Positions 16,361 to 24,005 of a DNA stretch of 34,582 nt are shown piece after piece (the first letter of the stretch is position 1; every line of letters begins with the position of its first letter). The translations under genes and the position numbers were made by a program. Under the pieces are notes generated by a model that was not told the DNA's origin, made no database searches, and saw only the letters and a list, made by a program, of their open reading frames with translations. Origin of the DNA: Gemmatimonadales bacterium. GTDB taxonomy: Bacteria > Gemmatimonadota > Gemmatimonadetes > Gemmatimonadales > GWC2-71-9. The DNA lies in contig JAICPP010000002.1 in NCBI GenBank assembly GCA_025929805.1, forward strand, positions 1 through 34,582, given 5' to 3'.

Positions 16361-17017
16361 GTGTGGAAAGTGACCAAACATGCTAGTTATAAAGATGATC
16401 TCGATAGAGACGGTGTCCCGATGGACACTCCAGCCGGCATGAACGAACCGGAGAGTGAGTCCGGCCGCAGCGCCGATGCCGGAGATATCGCGTCCACCGA
16501 CATGAGCTCGGAGCCTTCCTCGCGGACCGAGAACACCCAGCCGCTCTTCCGCGGAGGTCAGGAACCCGGGGCTGAGGGCGATCTGGCTGAGTTAAAGGAC
16601 CGGCACCTGCGGCTTGCCGCGGAATTCGATAACTACCGCAAGCGCAGCAGTAGGGAACGGGCCGAGCTTGCCGACCGGGCCCAAGCCAGCTTTGTGGCCA
16701 AGCTGCTCGATGTACTCGACGATCTGGACCGGTTGGTGGCCAGTGATCCCGCCACGCCTCTGGCAGCTCTTCGCCAGGGGCTGAGCGCGGTTGACCGTAA
16801 GCTGTGGAAAGAGCTCCAGGATGCCGGGGTCGAACGGATCGACCCGGTCGGCACCCCCTTTGACCCCGCCTTGCACGAGGCGGTCTCCACGGTTCCGGCA
16901 CCAGATGAGGCGAGCCACCATATGGTGAGCGCAACGTTCCAGCCCGGTTACCTCTTCAAGGGAACCATGGTCCGGCCGGCGCGCGTCCAGGTCTACTCCG
17001 AGCCGGTCCAGCACTAA
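16361..17017 (+). CDS. grpE: nucleotide exchange factor GrpE
   Basis: [22 protein letters not shown] signature and C-terminal beta domain. The start is uncertain: GTG 16361 or ATG 16421. Confidence 0.9.
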   Translation: MWKVTKHASYKDDLDRDGVPMDTPAGMNEPESESGRSADAGDIASTDMSSEPSSRTENTQPLFRGGQEPGAEGDLAELKDRHLRLAAEFDNYRKRSSRERAELADRAQASFVAKLLDVLDDLDRLVASDPATPLAALRQGLSAVDRKLWKELQDAGVERIDPVGTPFDPALHEAVSTVPAPDEASHHMVSATFQPGYLFKGTMVRPARVQVYSEPVQH

Positions 17018-17018
17018 C

Positions 17019-18122
17019 GTGGCTGCCAAGGACTTTTACCAGGTCCTGGGCGTCCCTGATTCGGCAAGCCAGGACGATATCAAGAAGGCATATCGTCGCC
17101 TGGCCAAGCAGTACCATCCAGACGCCAACCCCAACAATCCCAAGGCTGCTGAGCGCTTCAAGGAGATATCCGAAGCGCACGGCACCCTTTCCGATTCCCA
17201 GAAGCGCAAACAGTACGATCAAATGCGGCGCTACGGCGCCTTCGATGGAATGCCGCGCCGGTCGCAGCGGGCGGGGGCCTCGCGCGGGGGTCGGGCCGAG
17301 CCGGGCGACATGGGGGAACCCGGATTCGACTTTGGGGATCTCGGCGGCCTGGGTGACATTTTCTCTTCCATCTTCGGCCGCGGCAGGCGGGAAGAGGCAC
17401 GAGGCGGTGACACTCTCGAGGCCGTAGTCGAGGTTCCGTTCCGGGTTGCCATGCTGGGCGGAAAAGTGCCGGTGACGCTACCGGTGACCGAGACCTGCGC
17501 TACCTGCAAGGGAAGTGGTGGCGCGCCGGGCGCAACCTGGTCCACCTGCCCGGAGTGCCAGGGGCGAGGAACGATCTCGTTTGGCCAGGGGAACTTCGCA
17601 GTCAATCGGCCCTGTCCCCAGTGCCGCGGGCGCGGCCGGATTCCCTCGGAGCGGTGCCCCACCTGCCGGGGGGCGGGCGAAATCCGCACCGAACGCCGGG
17701 TGAACATTACCGTTCCCTCGGCCACCGAGACCGGCGACCGAGTGTTGCTCCGAGGGCAGGGCCAATCAAACGGACAGGGAACTCCGCCGGGTGACCTGGT
17801 GATCACGTTCCAGGTTCAGCCCGACCGGTTCTTCCGGCGGGAGGGGCTCGATATCGTGGCCGATATTCCCATCAACGTGGCACAGGCCGCTTTGGGGACC
17901 CGTGTCCGGGTACGGACCCTGGACGGCAAGAAGGTATTGCTGCGAATCCCGCCGGGAACCCAGTCCGGCCGCCGCTTCCGGATCAAGGGTCAAGGCCTGG
18001 AGAAGAACGGCCGCCGGGGCGACCAGCTCGTCGGGGTGCAGGTGACCGTCCCTGATGAGCTCACTCCGGAGCAGCAGGAGCTGATGAAGAAGTTTGCCGA
18101 TTCAGCGGGGTTGAAGTATTAG
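17019..18122 (+). CDS. dnaJ: molecular chaperone DnaJ
   Basis: J domain DFYQVLGV...YHPD, G/F-rich linker and four CxxCxGxG zinc motifs. The GTG start is 1 nt after the grpE stop. Confidence 0.95.
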   Translation: MAAKDFYQVLGVPDSASQDDIKKAYRRLAKQYHPDANPNNPKAAERFKEISEAHGTLSDSQKRKQYDQMRRYGAFDGMPRRSQRAGASRGGRAEPGDMGEPGFDFGDLGGLGDIFSSIFGRGRREEARGGDTLEAVVEVPFRVAMLGGKVPVTLPVTETCATCKGSGGAPGATWSTCPECQGRGTISFGQGNFAVNRPCPQCRGRGRIPSERCPTCRGAGEIRTERRVNITVPSATETGDRVLLRGQGQSNGQGTPPGDLVITFQVQPDRFFRREGLDIVADIPINVAQAALGTRVRVRTLDGKKVLLRIPPGTQSGRRFRIKGQGLEKNGRRGDQLVGVQVTVPDELTPEQQELMKKFADSAGLKY

Positions 18123-18197
18123 GTAGTCGCGAGTCGGGAGTCACCAGTCAGGCCGGTCGGTCCAGGATCGTCTCAGTCCAGTCGCGACTCGCGACTT
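18123..18197. repeat. heptamer-phased repeat with 12-bp perfect inverted repeat (NNAGTCN x4; AGTCGCGAGTCG / CGACTCGCGACT)
   Basis: 18123-18150 reads GTAGTCG CGAGTCG GGAGTCA CCAGTCA. 18125-18136 is the exact reverse complement of 18185-18196. The right arm lies inside the last codons of the DUF360 ORF. Confidence 0.75.
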
Positions 18198-18568
18198 GAA
18201 ACAGGTGACTTTTTCGGCGCCAGCGCTGCAGAGAGAATTAGGCTCATCAGTCCAACCACCAGCCCACCAAAAAACGCGGCCCAGAAACCGCTGACGGCAA
18301 AGCCCAGCCCCCAGCTCTCCGACAGCCAGCCGGTCACCATAAGCATCAGTGCGTTGATCACCAGGGTAAAAAGACCCAGCGTGACGACGATGAGAGGGCA
18401 GGTGAGGATGGTGAGCAGCGGACGCAGCGTGCTGTTGACGATGCCGAAAACGGCGGCTACGAGAAGAAGACTGCCGAGCCCTCCGGTGAAGTCGAGCCCC
18501 GGGATCAAGGCCGCCGCGGCCCAGAGCGCCGCGGCGGTCAGAATCCAGTGCAGCAGCAGAGATCGCAC
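18173..18568 (-). CDS. DUF360 / phage-holin-4_2 family small membrane protein
   Basis: Four hydrophobic helices (LLLHWILTAAALWAAAALIPG..., IVNSTLRPLLTILTCPLIVVTLGLFTLVINALML). GTG 18568 lies 5 nt after the mnmA stop. The ORF-track start at 18748 would overlap mnmA by about 175 nt. Confidence 0.7.
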   Translation of the reverse strand: MRSLLLHWILTAAALWAAAALIPGLDFTGGLGSLLLVAAVFGIVNSTLRPLLTILTCPLIVVTLGLFTLVINALMLMVTGWLSESWGLGFAVSGFWAAFFGGLVVGLMSLILSAALAPKKSPVSSRESRLD

Positions 18569-18573
18569 GGCCG

Positions 18574-19632
18574 TCAGGCGATCACGCCCCCGCCCAGCAC
18601 CCGCTGGGCGGCGTCGAACAGGACTCCGGATTGACCCGGGGTGATCGCCCGCATCGGCACCCCCAGAGCCAGCTTCAACTGATCCGGGCGCTGCTCCAAC
18701 ACGATTGCCGGCACGGCGCGCGCCCGGTGGCGGAGCTGCACTTCGCACCGGTCCCCCGGCTCGAGGGGATCAGCGAGCCAGTTGACTTCGTCGAGGGTCA
18801 CGCGGTGGCCGGCGAGGTCCTCGGCATTACCGACGACCACTTCGCGACGCTCAGGATGGATGGCCACCACATAGCGGGCAGTCGGGGAGCCGCCCGGCAA
18901 TCCCTTCCGTTGTCCGATAGTGTACCGCCCATAGCCTTGGTGTTGGCCGATGATCCTCCCGGCCGTCGTGACCAGCGGCCCCGGCGCGAGGGCAGGAGCA
19001 TCCGCCGGCAGGTGCCGCTCCAGCACCGATACATAATCGTCGTTGGGCACGAAACAGATCTCGACCGATTCCTCCTTGTCGGCGGTGGTGAGTCCCAGTC
19101 GCCGAGCATAACCCCGGGTTTCCGCCTTGCTGAGCTCACCTACCGGCGTCAGCATGCGAGCCACGACCTGACGGTCGATCCCCCAGAGGAAGTAGCTCTG
19201 ATCCTTGGCACGATCTCGGGCCCGATAGAGGCCGCCATTCCGCGCGATGGCATAGTGCCCCGTGGCGATGTAATCGCAATCCAGCGCGTCGGCGTGAGCC
19301 AGGAGGTCGCGAAATTTGGTGAAGGAGTTGCACCGGACGCAGGGAATCGGGGTGCGTCCCCGGCTGTACTCACTTACGAAGTTCTGTATGACGTGGAGGT
19401 TGAACCGGTCCTCGAGATTGAGGACATAGTGCGGAATCCCGATTGCCGCTGCCACATCCCGAGCGTCGTTGATCGAGTCGAGCGAGCAGCAGGGACGATC
19501 GGGGACCTCATCCCCATAGCAGAAAAGCTTCATCGTGGCGCCGACCACGTCGTGACCCTGCTCGACCAGGAGCGCGGCGGCCACGGAGCTATCCACGCCG
19601 CCGGACATGGCGACGAGTACCCTAGGACTCAC
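18574..19632 (-). CDS. mnmA: tRNA 2-thiouridine(34) synthase MnmA
   Basis: [17 protein letters not shown]-loop and conserved catalytic cysteines (CCS...CVRCN). About 352 aa. Confidence 0.93.
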   Translation of the reverse strand: MSPRVLVAMSGGVDSSVAAALLVEQGHDVVGATMKLFCYGDEVPDRPCCSLDSINDARDVAAAIGIPHYVLNLEDRFNLHVIQNFVSEYSRGRTPIPCVRCNSFTKFRDLLAHADALDCDYIATGHYAIARNGGLYRARDRAKDQSYFLWGIDRQVVARMLTPVGELSKAETRGYARRLGLTTADKEESVEICFVPNDDYVSVLERHLPADAPALAPGPLVTTAGRIIGQHQGYGRYTIGQRKGLPGGSPTARYVVAIHPERREVVVGNAEDLAGHRVTLDEVNWLADPLEPGDRCEVQLRHRARAVPAIVLEQRPDQLKLALGVPMRAITPGQSGVLFDAAQRVLGGGVIA

Positions 19633-20927
19633 TGTGGCGCCCTCCTGGCGGTCGGCCGGTCGGCGGGTCGGCCGGTCGCCATGTTCCCGTCAACTGGATG
19701 ATCGACCGATCGACTGACCGACTGCCCGCCGGACCGCTCGTCCGCCGGACTGCCAGTCCGACCCAGTACTCCTGCCAGCTTGCGTACCTTCGCCACGACA
19801 ACCGGCACCACCTCAGCGGCGCGCTCCACATCTTCGCTGGTGCTCTCCCGTCCGAAGCTGAAGCGAACCGTTCCGAGGGCGAGCTCGCGCGGTACTCCCA
19901 TGGCGACCAGAACGTGAGACGGCTCGACTGCACCGGTGGAACAGGCCGATCCACTGGAGACGGCGACACCGGCGAGGTCCAGGTGCATCAGCAAGGCCTC
20001 GCTATCGGCTCCCTGGATCGCCACACTCAGTAAATGAGGAGCGCGGTCACTCTGCTCGGCATTGATGAAGAGGCCGGGAACGGTTGCCTTAAGGCGGGCG
20101 GCCAGGTCATCGCGCAGCGTGCGGAGTCGCGGGGCCAGCTCGGACTTTTCTGCCGCCGCCAGCTGGGTGGCACGTCCCAGCGCCACTGCACCGGCTACGT
20201 TCTCAGTGCCGGGACGGATGCCGAACTGCTGCCCACCGCCATGCAGAATGGCTTCCACCGCCTTACGGTCGCGCACGATGAGCGCCCCAATCCCCTTTGG
20301 CGCTCCGATCTTATGGCCCGAGATGGTGAGAAGAGTGCAGCATAACTCCTGAACCGATACCGGCACCTTGCCGATCGCCTGAACCGCATCGGTATGGAAC
20401 ACGACATCGGCCTCACGGCAGCGGCTCGCGATGTCGGCGACCGGCTGGATCACGCCCACCTCGTTGTTCACCCACATTACCGACACGACTGCCGGCGCAT
20501 CCCTCAACGCGGTGTCCAGTGCATCCAAGTCCAGCACACCATTGCGGTCCACCGGGAGCAGGACCTCCCGTCCACCCAGGTGGCACACGGCATGAGCGGC
20601 GGCAAGCACCGCCTTGTGCTCGATTGCACTGACCGCCGCACACATCCGGGCTCCGCGGTCCCGTGCCGCCAGCGACGCACCGACGATGCTGAGGTTGTCG
20701 GCCTCGGTTCCACCCGAAGTGAAGATCACCTGACTCGGCTCCGCCCCGAGTGCTTCCGCAATCTGGCGGCGGGCCTGCTCGATGCCCGCGCGTGCGGCGC
20801 GGCCGAACCGGTGGGCGCTCGATGGGTTCCCGAACGACTGGTCGGTGAGGTAGGGCAGCATGGCCTCCAGCACCTCCGGTCGCACCGGCGTGGTGGCGGC
20901 ATGGTCGAGGTAAACGGGAGCGCGCAT
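19629..20927 (-). CDS. cysteine desulfurase (NifS/IscS class V aminotransferase), with low-complexity C-terminal tail
   Basis: [34 protein letters not shown] (PLP lysine) and SSGSACS (catalytic Cys loop). The stop overlaps the mnmA start as GTGA. The start is either ATG 20927 or GTG 20963. Confidence 0.88.
   Translation of the reverse strand: MRAPVYLDHAATTPVRPEVLEAMLPYLTDQSFGNPSSAHRFGRAARAGIEQARRQIAEALGAEPSQVIFTSGGTEADNLSIVGASLAARDRGARMCAAVSAIEHKAVLAAAHAVCHLGGREVLLPVDRNGVLDLDALDTALRDAPAVVSVMWVNNEVGVIQPVADIASRCREADVVFHTDAVQAIGKVPVSVQELCCTLLTISGHKIGAPKGIGALIVRDRKAVEAILHGGGQQFGIRPGTENVAGAVALGRATQLAAAEKSELAPRLRTLRDDLAARLKATVPGLFINAEQSDRAPHLLSVAIQGADSEALLMHLDLAGVAVSSGSACSTGAVEPSHVLVAMGVPRELALGTVRFSFGRESTSEDVERAAEVVPVVVAKVRKLAGVLGRTGSPADERSGGQSVSRSVDHPVDGNMATGRPADRPTARRAPQ
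19650..19766. repeat. period-8 tandem/inverted repeat (GGTCGGCS x4 and CGACNGNN-type units) inside the desulfurase 3' tail
   Basis: 19650-19681 reads GGTCGGCC GGTCGGCG GGTCGGCC GGTCGCCA. 19703-19726 reads CGACCGAT CGACTGAC CGACTGCC, and the 8-nt phasing continues to about 19766. The GGTCGG and CCGAC cores are complementary. Confidence 0.6.
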
Positions 20928-20949
20928 TCTGAAAAGATAGTGGCCCGTC

Positions 20950-20998
20950 GACTCCCTCACCACAAAGTGAAGAGTGAAAAGTCAAAAGTGATAGTACT
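20950..20998. repeat. heptamer-phased repeat (AAAGTGA-type x4) with short complementary arm
   Basis: 20964-20991 reads AAAGTGA AGAGTGA AAAGTCA AAAGTGA. 20951-20960 (ACTCCCTCAC) is complementary to part of the array. Lies between the bshB1 stop and the desulfurase start. Confidence 0.65.
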
Positions 20999-21001
20999 TC
21001 G

Positions 21002-21718
21002 TCAGATGCTGCGGACACCGAGCTGGACGACGTCCTCCACTTCCATCGTCTCGTGAGTGAAGAATGGCTCGCCGTACCTCTTGCGTATCAACGAGCCATA
21101 GTGCGCATTCTGGGTCTCAACCAGAGAGTAGAGGTCCTGCCCGGTGGGGAATATCTCGCCGGCGGCTTTCGCCCCGTCGAACTGACTGCCGTAGCACTTG
21201 ATAGCAGCCAGCTTACGCTCGAACTGGGTGGTGATGTCCACCACGAAGCTGGGTTTGACGGGGTCTTCGCGGTAGGAGAGGGCATACAGGAGCTTATGCG
21301 GGCGATGGGCGGTTCCGCCGGCCGGGTAGCGCTCGAGCCCCGCCAGATAGCTTGAATCCCGGCCCAGCTCCGAGGTTACCCGGTGATCGGGGTGCCGTCC
21401 AACGGGGAAGGGTAGTATGAGCACTCGGGGAGCGAAGTGACGAATCTGCTCGACGATAGCCCGCCGAGTCTCATCCGAGTTCTGAAGGTGGGCGTCGGGG
21501 AGGCCGGCATTTCTCCGTTCGGCAACCCCGAGAATCCGTGCGGCCCGTTCGGCCTCTTCCGCTCGCAGTGAGGCACTGCCCCGGGTGCCGGCCTCGCCGG
21601 CAGTGAGATCCAGTATAGCCACCCGATAGCCGGCATCGACTGCCTTGAGCAGGGTACCGGCGCAGGTCAACTCGACATCGTCGCGGTGAGCGGCGATGGC
21701 CAGAATGTCAACGGGCAT
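21002..21718 (-). CDS. bshB1: PIG-L family deacetylase, bacillithiol biosynthesis BshB1-like
   Basis: MPVDILAIAAHRDDVELTCAG..., LDLTAGEAGTRG, HPDH. About 238 aa. The ORF-track start at 21790 would translate through the GTGAACG repeat. Confidence 0.75.
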   Translation of the reverse strand: MPVDILAIAAHRDDVELTCAGTLLKAVDAGYRVAILDLTAGEAGTRGSASLRAEEAERAARILGVAERRNAGLPDAHLQNSDETRRAIVEQIRHFAPRVLILPFPVGRHPDHRVTSELGRDSSYLAGLERYPAGGTAHRPHKLLYALSYREDPVKPSFVVDITTQFERKLAAIKCYGSQFDGAKAAGEIFPTGQDLYSLVETQNAHYGSLIRKRYGEPFFTHETMEVEDVVQLGVRSI

Positions 21719-21732
21719 CGACGAAATAAAGC

Positions 21733-21797
21733 GTGAACGGTGAACGGTGAACAGTGAACGGGAGTGAGGCTTGGCCCGTTTACTGTTCACCCTTCAC
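21733..21797. repeat. heptamer-phased inverted repeat element (GTGAACG x4 plus inverted copy)
   Basis: 21733-21760 reads GTGAACG GTGAACG GTGAACA GTGAACG. 21775-21797 (CCCGTTTACTGTTCACCCTTCAC) is the reverse complement of 21740-21762 at 21 of 23 positions, with a 12-nt loop. Confidence 0.85.
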
Positions 21798-21806
21798 GGA
21801 TACCAT

Positions 21807-22709
21807 TCAGGCAGACGCGGGTTTCCGCCGGTACCTCTTTGCAGCGATCACCCCGCCCCAGCCGAAGATCACGACCGGCACCACAAAGCCAAGTGAGGCA
21901 ATGACGCCGGCAACCACGCCCACGAAGTTCCGCCAGGCGGTCTTGAATGCCTCGCCGATGACGCTGCGGCCGGGGTGAGAGGCCACGATAGGCGCCGGTT
22001 CATACAGGCTCACGGACAGTGTGCTCAACTGAGCACTGGCCTTCAGGAACCGCAACCGGCCCTCCATTCGCTCGATCTCTTCCCGCACTCGCGCGAGCTC
22101 GCGCTCAACGGTGAGCACGTCCTGAAGTTTCCCGGTCCGCGTTCGCAGCAGCTCGATGAGCCTGTCCTCGAGCCGATGTGCGTTCGCCACTCGTGCGGAC
22201 AGATCCACGAACTCTTCGCCGACATCCTCGGCGCCCACGTTGACGTACTGGAGCCGTCCCAGTGGTTCCAGGCTAGTAGTCAACTCATCAAAGCGGGAAG
22301 CCGGCACTTTGAGTTCCAGCGTCGCCGAGCGCAGCTGGTTTCGGCCACTCTGGATGGCGGCGTCGGCCACGAACCCTCCGGCCCGCAGCACGATTTGCCG
22401 GAGCTCGGCCATGGAGCGTTCCAGCGAATCCACCTCGATACTCGCTCGTCCCGTGCGTACGATAAGACGGGAAGCATCATCCACTGGTGGCCGCCGGGAC
22501 CATGGCTGGGTTGCCGGCGCCTGCGCCGATTGCTCGGTGTCGGATGCGACCCCGCCGCCCACAACGCCCAAAGGGACCGGACTCGATGCTTTCGCGTCTT
22601 GCCTGGCATCTCGTCGTTCGCGGACCGGGCTGGAAACCTTGGGGGAACCCTCACATGCCATCAGCAGGACCGCCTGGAGCAGCCCAACTATCATCATCTG
22701 TGCTCGCAC
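21807..22709 (-). CDS. DUF4349 domain-containing lipoprotein
   Basis: The central pattern LIVRTGRASIEVDSLERSMAEL...LELKVPASRFDEL...LEDRLIELL...ERELARVREEIERMEGRLRFL and a C-terminal TM are typical of DUF4349. With GTG 22709 the N-terminus is MRAQMMIVGLLQAVLLMAC (lipobox). AAGGAGG lies 4 nt upstream. The alternative start is ATG 22697. Confidence 0.7.
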   Translation of the reverse strand: MRAQMMIVGLLQAVLLMACEGSPKVSSPVRERRDARQDAKASSPVPLGVVGGGVASDTEQSAQAPATQPWSRRPPVDDASRLIVRTGRASIEVDSLERSMAELRQIVLRAGGFVADAAIQSGRNQLRSATLELKVPASRFDELTTSLEPLGRLQYVNVGAEDVGEEFVDLSARVANAHRLEDRLIELLRTRTGKLQDVLTVERELARVREEIERMEGRLRFLKASAQLSTLSVSLYEPAPIVASHPGRSVIGEAFKTAWRNFVGVVAGVIASLGFVVPVVIFGWGGVIAAKRYRRKPASA

Positions 22710-22762
22710 GTTGCCTCCTTGGGGAGCACAGGAGATGCGTGGTCGTGGACGGTTTGCACAGG

Positions 22763-24004
22763 TCACTCATGTCTCAGCGCCTCGACCGGATCCATTCGCG
22801 CGGCCCGATTCGCCGGATACAGACCAAAAACCAGACCAATTCCTATGCTCACCGCGCAGGCCAGGGCAGCGCTCCACAGCGGCACGTCGGCATCGATGCC
22901 CATCACGGACTTGAGTAGCTCACCCGCCGCCAATCCAACCACGATGCCCAGCAGTCCACCCAGAAGCGTGAGTGTCGCGGCCTCGACCAGGAACTGCCAG
23001 AGGATCTCGCCCCGCGTCGCTCCAATGGCCTTGCGCAATCCGATCTCGCGAGTCCGATCAGTGACCGATACCATCATGATGGCCATGACGCCGATCCCGC
23101 CCACCATCAGGGCTACGCTGGACAGGGTCACCATGGCCAGGAAGAAATAGCCGGTGAACTTGCCGATCACGTCGAGGATTTGATCCTGGGTCACCAGATC
23201 GAAGGTGTTGGGCGTTCCCGGCCTGAGATTCCGCACCCGCCGGAGTGCGGACGTCACGGCGTCCTTGGCCACGGGGATCGCGACACCCTGCTTTGCCTTG
23301 ACCGCGATGAAGAGGTCGTAGCTCTCGTTGTAGCGAAACTTCTCCCGGGCGGTTTGATAGGGCACCGCGCCCGCGTTCTGTTGCCCGGGAGGCTCGAAGA
23401 TATTGGCTGGCTTCTGATAGATCCCGATGACCCGAAGCGGCTGCCCGTTCACTCGCACTGTCTGGCCGATGGGATCGAGCTGACCGAAGAGCCGGTCCGC
23501 CGCTTGTTCCTCGAGGACGATGACGTTCTCTCCGGTGAGCTCGGCTCGAGAGAAAAGCCGGCCCCGGAGCAGGGTGCCGCCCAGAATCTCCATGAATCGC
23601 TCGTCGCCCCCGTAGACGATCATGGTTTGCGTCCGTATTCCCGCCCGGTCCAGCCGGGCAAAGATTTGCAACCAGAGCTGAGCATAGGAGATCTGGGGAA
23701 GCTCCCGCAGGGCAGCGGCATCCCGCGCGTGGAGGATCGGACGGATGCGAAGATGGTAGGGTAGTCGGTCGGGGTCGAGCGGCGTCTGGGAAAAGTAGCG
23801 AAGCACGTAGAAGACCTGAGGCCCTGCTACCTCGATCGCGTTCAGGATCTGCCCCCGGATGCCTTGCACCATCGAGGCAACAGTCATGACCGTGGCCACC
23901 CCGATCACTACGCCCAGGATCGTCAGCGCGGAGCGCAGCTTGTTGGCTCTGATGGCGCCGAGCGCAATGTCCACGACTTCCAGCAGGTTGGGAACCCGGA
24001 CCAC
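22763..24004 (-). CDS. ABC transporter permease, MacB/FtsX type (MacB periplasmic domain + FtsX 4-TM)
   Basis: N-terminus IALGAIRANKLRSALTILGVVIGVATV, a large periplasmic domain and C-terminal REIGLRKAIGA FtsX motif. GTG 24004 lies 1 nt after the upstream stop. Confidence 0.85.
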   Translation of the reverse strand: MVRVPNLLEVVDIALGAIRANKLRSALTILGVVIGVATVMTVASMVQGIRGQILNAIEVAGPQVFYVLRYFSQTPLDPDRLPYHLRIRPILHARDAAALRELPQISYAQLWLQIFARLDRAGIRTQTMIVYGGDERFMEILGGTLLRGRLFSRAELTGENVIVLEEQAADRLFGQLDPIGQTVRVNGQPLRVIGIYQKPANIFEPPGQQNAGAVPYQTAREKFRYNESYDLFIAVKAKQGVAIPVAKDAVTSALRRVRNLRPGTPNTFDLVTQDQILDVIGKFTGYFFLAMVTLSSVALMVGGIGVMAIMMVSVTDRTREIGLRKAIGATRGEILWQFLVEAATLTLLGGLLGIVVGLAAGELLKSVMGIDADVPLWSAALACAVSIGIGLVFGLYPANRAARMDPVEALRHE

Positions 24005-24005
24005 G

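Noticed and set aside
18173-18568. The phage holin family label of the DUF360 protein as evidence for a prophage.
   Set aside because: No other phage genes (terminase, capsid, integrase, lysin) are nearby. The gene sits 5 nt downstream of mnmA in a housekeeping string. This family is widespread as a chromosomal small membrane protein.
21719-21790. ORF-track N-terminal extensions of bshB1 (to 21790) and of the DUF360 gene (to 18748).
   Set aside because: The bshB1 extension is a translation of the GTGAACG repeat (…FTVHRSRF…). The DUF360 extension overlaps mnmA and is Arg/Gly/Pro junk. Conserved family N-termini begin at 21718 and 18568.
11743-21797. Whether the short tandem arrays could be a CRISPR array or minisatellite-type contingency locus.
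   Set aside because: Units are 7-8 nt with no spacers, 4-7 copies, scattered at separate loci, and always paired with an inverted arm. That is incompatible with CRISPR. Apart from the two ORF 3' tails they are not inside reading frames, where copy-number change would switch expression.
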